Assembly (NCBI GenBank): GCA_951406725.2
Contig: OX597831.1
Span: 63,612,001-63,676,000 of the forward strand
Origin: Octopus vulgaris
Lineage: Eukaryota
Reading direction: 5' to 3'
DNA: 64,000 nt
Shown here one piece after another: positions 56,016 to 64,000 of this stretch (its first letter is position 1; every line of letters starts with the position of its first letter). The notes beneath the pieces were generated by a model. The model was not told the DNA's origin. It saw only the letters and a list, made by a program, of their open reading frames with translations, and did no database searches. The position numbers and the translations under genes were made by a program.

Positions 56016-56149
56016 CGTCTATTTTAACTGCTACTTCAATCTTCCAGTACGTCATAACTGCATCTTCTATCCTAACAGTCCTAACACTCCAACATAACTC
56101 TTCTACTTTAATTTCAACTTAAACCGCATTTCCCTCTCGATTTCCTCCC

Positions 56150-56440
56150 ACTTCTCGCTCAGATCACGTCAGAATTGAAGATCTAAGACAAATGACCAAA
56201 TTGCCACTAATCACCTCTGTCGTCAAAAATACAGCATTCAAACTGCTTGGTCACACTAAGTGAAGGATTTGTGACGTCAGCAAGATTTCTTTGGAAGGCC
56301 TGATAAATGGAAAGAAAGCCAGATTTCGGAAACCTAAGAGATGGAGAAATATGGACAGGTCTTCACATAATTTTCCTGAACGCTCCTGCCAAAGATTGAG
56401 CACTGTGGAGGCAACTATCTTATGTTAGTGCACATTCTGT
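56150..56440 (+). pseudogene. RTE-clade LINE C-terminal relic
   Basis: FKLLGHTK*R..SKISLEGLINGKKARFRKPKRWRN resembles WFGHV.R..ILEG..GKR.RGRP..RW. Confidence 0.7.
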
Positions 56441-58630
56441 CACAAGCGGAGATAGCTGAATCTGATGACTCGCTCCCTCTCTCTCTCAAGTGTCTCCTAC
56501 TTATCTCTAAAGTGTCTTCATCTTCCTTCTCAAGTGTCTCCGTCTTCCTTCCCAACTATCTCCCACCTCCATTTCATAGTTTCCCACATCCATCACAACT
56601 GTTTTCCCAACTTCAATCCGAATTGCCTCCTACTTCATTCCAACTGCTAGTCGTCCCCTTTAAAACTTCACTGCCGCCCCTTTTCTCGTGGTGGTCGCCT
56701 ACTTCCCTCATCAGAATCGCCTGAACTGATTTTCTTTGGGTTCAAATTCATAAAAGGGCCTGTGAGATGGGAACTCCGAAATATGAAGCACAAAACACAA
56801 CTCTGCACTATTCTCTAGCGTATATCCCAATTTTATATTATTCTTCTATAATTGTGAGACAACAAACACGGAAAAAAACAAGCATTATACTGAACTATCC
56901 TCAACTCCTTGACTACATTTTTTAACAATGAATTATTTTGAAAAAACAGAAAATTAAATTGTGTGCTGCTAATATTATCCTAACATTTGCTGTGCAAATA
57001 GCTTCAACTGAGCAGCAAAGCAGGTACTGACAAGCCAACGAAAAGCTTTTATGTAGTCACCAGACGTGCTCAAAGTAGACTTCCAAACTCTTTCGAATCA
57101 CACCCTGTTATCTTAATAAAAGTGAAAGATACTGCTAGTAGTGTGGCCTGAAATTGTGTACATCTGAAAGTAAGAAGGGGACATTCATGGCTGGAACATT
57201 TTGATTACTGCCATCTTTGGCCTTGTTTCGTCTATTTACCACAGGGCCTCAAATAACGTAATCTATTGAATGAACTCTGTACAAAACTGGTAGTCATTTA
57301 GTCACTAAGGATGGAGGAAAATAAAGCCAACTACGGTGAGGGTTGAAAATAAAATACGAAGGAAAATAATTAAATAATGTAATCTAATGCTTTACTGACT
57401 CTGTTTCCCTATCGTCTCTTCACCTCTTAAATAGTGATAAAAATACTCTTTTCTGTCTATCTATTAATGCTTCTAACTCCAAGAAATATAGTTCGGCCGA
57501 AGAGATTAGGAGAAATATTAAGACGAAGATAAAATAGGTGAAATTATGTTCATGAATTATCAGAATAATTTAGTTTAAAATGTCAGACGGTCGATAGGCT
57601 ATTATTGTCTCACATTTGAAAGAAGTGCCTATAAATTCTTTAAATATCATATCGCCAACATTCATCCTTAGGTAATGATAACATTTTTGGAAAGGATATT
57701 GATAGAATAAGGATTTTTATAGAGCTACGTCAATGTATATTGACCATGTGGTTATGTTATTTGCAGATTTAACAGAATTGTTATAACATAATAAGATGCT
57801 TGATTAATTACTGAAGCCTTTGTTCCGTCTTGGTTTCGTATCGAATTTTCCAAGCCAGAATTCAATTAATTTGTTCTGCAATATCATAGTTGAATATAAA
57901 TCAAGCGAGTAAGTTATGCATTACTTATCCAGTGAAGTTAATATCATCAAATGCATAGTTTGATGATAAGAGACAACACAATATCATCCGTATATTAACT
58001 ACCTCCCGCATCTGGATCATGTGTCAAACACCTTAATCAACAATCCTGAATTTTGTATAGGACATATTAATTATAATTCTACCCCAAAAGCTCTTAACTT
58101 TTGCTTAGCTTCCATTTTGGATTAATTTCTTATGTGATAATTATAAACTTTTGAACCCTACGTAGCGTTTCAATGACACCAACTAGAACATAATAGATCA
58201 ATACAATCTAAATTTATGCTCGCGTCTCATGTTCCCTGTCACTGTCTAGTATAAAAGGGGAAAATCTATTAAGTGAAACCAAAGGATTGAATTTAGTCGA
58301 TGTCACCCTTGACCTCTAAGCCTCTTGCACTCCAAATATAATGATATGTCGCTTGGAGATAATTTAGGGAGAGACTGTTGTCGGACGCTGAAATTCAAGT
58401 TTCCCATAAACCTAGTTTACTCGACAATTTTTCTGCAACTGACCTTGATGTCGAAGATATTTAATATGATGAATCAACTCATTTTTCGAAATATTAACCT
58501 TTATTTTCCGTGACCTTCTTACTTCAAATTTAGCAGGGCACGTAGTGCCAATGTATAAACAAATTAACCCTTTATCTTCTTGAATATTTATTTCCTGGAA
58601 CTAGCTTTATTATTCCTCAAAGAAGACTTA

Positions 58631-58664
<34 letters not shown>

Positions 58665-59134
58665 ACCGACACGGAGAGTCCATAAGCTGGCTACCCGGAT
58701 GGTTCTTGGTCTCAAGAATTTGTCTTATGAAGAAAGGCTGAAGACGCTCGACCTTTATTCTCTAGAAAAACGACGACGCCGTGGTGATTTCATTCTCGCT
58801 CACAACATCATAAGCGGAAAGTGTAACCTCTCGAAGGAGCTGTTCTTCACTCCTGCTCCAGAGCGTCGGCTGCGGGGTCATTCCGAAAAGCTCTATCTGC
58901 GACGATTTCATCTCAATCGAAGGAGAGGGGCTTTCTCCGTCCGGGTTGCGGATCCGTGGAATAAGCTGCCGGACGAGATGGTGAAGATGCCGACGACCGC
59001 TCGGTTCAAAGTCTCCCTTGACCACAAGTGGCCTGAACTCTTTACATGAACAACACCCTGTACATAACCCCATGTCCCCCTACATGGCTTTGCTTTTTTG
59101 CTTTTTGAGCCAAAAAATTAACTAACTAACTAAC
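58665..59134 (+). mobile_element. 5'-truncated CR1-like LINE (ORF2 C-terminus 58699-59049, 3' UTR, (TAAC)n tail)
   Basis: LSYEERLKTLDLYSLEKRRRRGD..LRGHSEKL..FSVRVADPWNKLP is the CR1/L2-group ORF2 end. Confidence 0.92.
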
Positions 59135-59928
59135 ATGTAGGTCAGAAACTCGCTATTGTAAATTTATCCTCAGCTCACTATGTTCCGTTACACATATGCA
59201 CATTTAATTTTAATGAATGCAACAAATTTTTCTTAGGAAGCGGGAATTTCCTTTAATGTTACAACTATTTTCAAAACTCTAGCCGTAACTTCATTTATGT
59301 CTTCAACTACGAGGCATTTCGTTGTTTCTTTTTATCTAAAATAAAATACGCTAAAATAATAAAGAGAGAAACATCATTCTAAAGAAAAATCGACCCACTT
59401 AGAAAAGTATGTGAAAAACATCTTCCTGTGTAGCAAGATCATTCTATATACAGCTACTATAATAGATGTTAATTTATACATCTCATTGTGTATGTACAAC
59501 TAAATTGTTCATTTCTAAAACCAGAGCAAAATAATTATAAGCTTTCTTTTTATAAAGACATGTTACATAAGTCTGTGGGTGTATGTGTTACTTATAGTCA
59601 GATTTTTAATTGAAAAATGAGTGGGAAGGAAGAAAACAGAAAAGAGAAGAGAAAAAAAATTTCCACAGCGAACTTAAAAAGAATGTCATCGTTTTGTTCT
59701 AAGTGGTGGTGGGGGGCATTCTCACGGTTTAATTTCTTAACGCAGTTTTTCTCAGAAAATACTTATTCAAAGTTTCAATTTCTAATAAATTCAGTTTTCG
59801 TCTTGAACTGTCCTCGTTCCGTTTTTATGGTCACTCATTTGATGATATATATTACTAAAATTGTTCTTTAGAAAGCAATCTGAAGTGGTAAGGGTGATGA
59901 TAAGGAAATGTAACATGCTAAGGAGATG

Positions 59929-60237
59929 TTTTTGTTGTTCGTTCCTTCTCGAGCCATGCCTGGCTCACAAGGGCCGGTTTACCGGTTTCTTGGCGTGTAG
60001 GTTCCCCACCTGGGCGGGACGCTAGTCCGTCGCAGGTAAGCTGCAAGATGCAGGAGGAAAGAGTAAGAGAAAGTTGTGGCGAAAGAGTCAGCAGAAGTTT
60101 GCCATTACCTTCAGCCGGAGCCGCGTAGAGCTTAGGTGTTTTCGCTCATAAACACACGCATCGCCCGGTCTGAGATTCGAACCCGCGATCCCTCGACCGC
60201 GAGTCCGCTGCTCTAACCACTAGGCCATGTGCCTCCA
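59929..60237 (-). mobile_element. Family A SINE, full length
   Basis: TSD GCTAAGGAGATG (59917-59928, 60239-60250). Confidence 0.9.
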
Positions 60238-60823
60238 CGCTAAGGAGATGCACTGGACAGCACTGCTCCCTCGCTTATTTAATTATGCACTCTTAGATTT
60301 ACAGTGATACACTTATTCCGAAACGCCACTTTAGAATTATTACAAATTAGCGTCCACCTAGAACATCCTGAAGCATACCCACGCGTCAAAATCTGGCGAC
60401 GGGCTTGTCCAGTCTACCTTTCTACACCAAATAAATTTGAGGCAAACAGATATGAAAATTCCTTTGAAACAATAGAGGGGAAAATGTTGTAACTCTGCAG
60501 TCTTGGTCATTTGCGTAATGGCCAAACATTTGCTACATATTTAGTTGTAAGTAATAATGATGAAAAATTTCAGTAAATACGCATAGACTGGGAGAAATGA
60601 TGTGGATATTTGTGACGTGAATAATAAATGTAGATTGAAAAATGACAGAAGAAAATAATGAGTCTGCCGAATAGTTAACACGATTTAAAAGGAACAGAAA
60701 ATAGTATCAATTTATTTCAAAGCTTTAGAAGTTTAATTAAGAATATTTTTAGCGGTGAAAGAACTGTATGCGTGTGAATTACTAATATTATATGCCGTTT
60801 CCCGAGCAAGGAGGGGAGAGAAT

Positions 60824-60865
60824 CCTAGACATGCTTTAGTCTTATTATGACCTCTTCAGTAAGGC
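60824..60865 (-). ncRNA. Decayed hammerhead motif
   Basis: Minus strand: CCUUA-CUGAAGA-GGUC-AUAAUAA-GACU-AAAG-CAUG-UC-UAGG; GAAA is mutated to AAAG. Confidence 0.5.
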
Positions 60866-61200
60866 ATAGCATTTATCGTACATGGTGAAGTAGTACTGAA
60901 AATATTATTATGTGAATGTACAAGATTATACATCGATTAGCGTAGAAAAGTAGAAATGTTTAGAGTATAATGAACAGAAAGATGGCGTCTTTGAGGTTTT
61001 ATGATTTTGACTTGGGCTCCCAAATTCTAATGGATCTCAGGAAGATTGAACTTAAGAGAACCAGAGCTAATTTTCACCGACCCTAACAATTCAATCAATT
61101 CGAAACTTGGTGTAAATAGAAAATTTAAATAATTAAATTAGTACTGGTGATTAGTACAGACACCTGTCAGTGTTTTAGCAGAATTTATTTAAGAATGTAG

Positions 61201-61609
61201 GGATCTTTTCGGTTTGAACGGCAGTTTTTTAAAATAATTTCCACGTAACTAAACACTTTTAAACTTCGTATACTGGTAGAATGTGCTTATAAAACATCTT
61301 TTTCTCTTGGCTTTATTGAGAAAATTCTATAGTTTGTAAGATATTTGTTGTTTTTTTCTTCAATTTCTGCAATTTCAACCAATCGTCTATTGAGGTGAAA
61401 ACATTCTGTGCCGTATGAATATGTCCCTCGTTTAAGAAACAGATTGGGTTTATTTACATTTCTGAAGAAAAAAGATACCCTTCTCCCCACCCTTAACCCT
61501 AACCCTAAAACAGATTGAAATGCAATAGATCGATACTAGGGTCATAATTATGGGTGACAATTTCATATGACACCGCTAGAAAAAACTGCCGTTCAAACCG
61601 AAGAGATCC
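61201..61609 (-). mobile_element. Merlin-like MITE copy 8
   Basis: Full length; flanked by a 22-bp direct repeat (61179-61200, 61610-61631). Confidence 0.93.
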
Positions 61610-62584
61610 CAGCATTTATTTAAGAATGTAGTAGCAACGAATTCAAAGACAAAGTTTTCAGCGACACGGCATTGTTAATTGTTCAGTAACAGTTATAGAT
61701 GGGGGGGGGGGATAAATAAAACTAGTAGACTGAATAATAAAACAAAGACGATATATTTTGATATAGTTGTATTATGCAAATCGTTCCTAATCGAGGAGGC
61801 TTATGATCAATAGTACTCCAACCATGGCACTCCAACCATGCACAAACTGTTTTTATTGTTTTGGTTTTGTTTTTTTTTTTCTCTGTCGGCATTATGTCTC
61901 TCATTATTCTATCTATTGTAGTCTTAAATATCTAGATTTGAGAGAAATTTAGATTGTTTGCTTGTGGATTAAACGACCACATTGAGGCTTCTTTGTTGAT
62001 TCGCAATGGTATACTTATTTCTTTTTTAAATGGTATGTTTGTTTTTTTAAGTGGAATGCATAGACAAAAATGAAGTACATTAGCAGAATACTCTGAATAT
62101 AATGTCATGACAAACGGTTCTCTTTTTTTTTTTCCTCCCTTATTTATGTGCAGCGAAGTAAAAATAATGTTATATTTGAGCTACAGCGACTAAAACGTTA
62201 TTTCAATCAGTAGACATTTTACTATGAATTGGTTTACTAAACACCAAATGACTGTAGTTCACAAGTTGAACTTTGTAGTTTAAAAAAAAATGTTCGCTTG
62301 ACATTTTTCACAGTTGTTTTGAAAGACTGAAAAATATACATGACTTAGACTATATACCGAATGACATTTTTTTTTCAACAGCTAAAAGAATTTTTTTCCT
62401 TCACACAAGATTTGATGTGAGTTGCTTGTAACATTAGCATTAGCATTATTGTTAGTGCACAACACGTCTGTGATATAAGCAGAAGCGGTTCGTATTTAGA
62501 CACTACGAAACTGCAGCAGCCCCTATTTTCACTCAATATTATCAATAACATTCAATATAATGAGTCTTATTTTCTTTAATTCTT

Positions 62585-63000
62585 GGATCTTTTCGGTTTG
62601 AACGGCAGTTTTTTAAAATAATTTCCACGTAACTAAACACTTTTAAACTTCGTATACTGGTAGAATGTGTTTATGAAACATCTTTTTCTCTTGGCTTTAT
62701 TGAGAAAATTCTATAGTTTATAAGATATTTGTTGTTTTTTTCTTCAATTTCAACAATTCCAACCAATCACTGATGTCTATTAAGGTAAAAAAAAAAAAAT
62801 TCTGTGCCGTATGAAAATGTCCCTCGTTTAAGTAACAGATTGGGTTTATTTACATTTGTGAAGAAAAAAAGACACCCTTCCTCCCACCCCTAACCCTAAA
62901 ACAGATTGAAATGCAATAAATCGATACTAGGGTCATAATTATGGGTGACAATTTCATATGACACCGCTAGAAAAAACTGCCGTTCAAACTGAAAAGATCT
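62585..63000 (-). mobile_element. Merlin-like MITE copy 9
   Basis: Full length; flanks TAATTCTT / GAATTCTT (7/8). Confidence 0.92.
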
Positions 63001-63509
63001 GAATTCTTTCTTTATACTTGCACAAATAATATAATCATTAAGCTTAATGTTAGTAGCCATCCCCTAGTTTATGAAAGAAATACAAAAACCCTTGTATAGA
63101 ACTGTGTTCTTCACAGTTCCAGACACGTGGTATTTAGCTGTTGTGCGCATGCTCATATGTCCGAGATAGGAAGCTTCACATTAGGGAGCGACAGCACTGT
63201 CGTGCACGCCGTGCCGGTGGAGGGCAGTGTTTCTTTTTGACTCCGCGTGTGTTGTGCTTAAAAACGTGTTTATATTCTTGAATGTGATAAAGTGAAGAAT
63301 TAGAGTATTATCCTGCTTCTAGCTTCAGTGTTGCTGCCAGGATTTGCAAAATTGGGCAGATTTTCTCCCCTTTATTTTGAGATTTAGGGGGGATTTTTGA
63401 AAAAAAAAAAGGACTCACGGCGGTGTTCAGTGAACAAATTAAATACACCACCCGGCAGTGGTTAAAACGCGAACCGATCAAGTTTATGTATAAATACACT
63501 TTTTATATA

Positions 63510-63741
63510 CTCTCTCTTTACTCTTTTACTTATTTCAGTCATTTGACTGCGGCCATGCTGGAGCACCGCCTTTAATCGAGCAACTCGATCCCCGGACTTA
63601 TTCTTTGTAAGCCCAGTACTTATTCTATCGGTCTCCTTTGCCGAACCGCTAAGTTACGGGGACATAAACACACCAGCATCGGTTGTCAAGCAATGCTAGG
63701 GGAACAAGCACAGACACACAAACACACACACATACACATAC

Positions 63742-63803
<62 letters not shown>

Positions 63804-63910
63804 GGGCTTCTTTCAGTTTCCGTCTACCAAATCCACTCACAAGGCTTTGGTCGGCCCGAGGCTATAGTAGAAGACACTTGCCCAAGGTGCCATGCAGTGG
63901 GACTGAACCC
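63510..63910 (-). mobile_element. Family C SINE with internal (CA)n(TA)n, head truncated
   Basis: Match to 50901-51300. Confidence 0.88.
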
Positions 63911-64000
63911 ACTGTTTGTTTCCTTTTACACAATATTAAAACAGCGGCTAAAATTTTTCTGACGCAGCACCCACCCACCACCATTAATCTTATCTATAAG

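Noticed and set aside
57480-58050. Possible decayed LINE RT on the minus strand
   Set aside because: Motif remnants too weak to support by eye.

Overview
AT-rich eukaryotic DNA saturated with microsatellites and transposons. The repeat inventory suggests an octopus/coleoid cephalopod genome (inference). I found no intact host protein-coding gene, and most listed ORFs are microsatellite or SINE read-throughs. Main content: (1) nine copies of a ~410-430 bp MITE with GG-terminated ~29-bp TIRs and 8-bp TSDs (Merlin-like), carrying a variable (TTAGGG)n plus G-run cassette; (2) Penelope-like pLTR fragments, mostly in (TA)n tracts, with type I hammerhead ribozyme motifs, including a perfect 293-bp inverted repeat with a hammerhead in each arm; (3) three tRNA-derived SINE groups, one of which primes on short target motifs also present in its own body and so builds single-headed tandem arrays; (4) decayed RTE, CR1 and R4/Dong LINEs, mariner, a P-like transposase and a Helitron/HINE-like element, plus an RTE-type short element with an HDV-like ribozyme candidate; (5) many simple and compound microsatellites.
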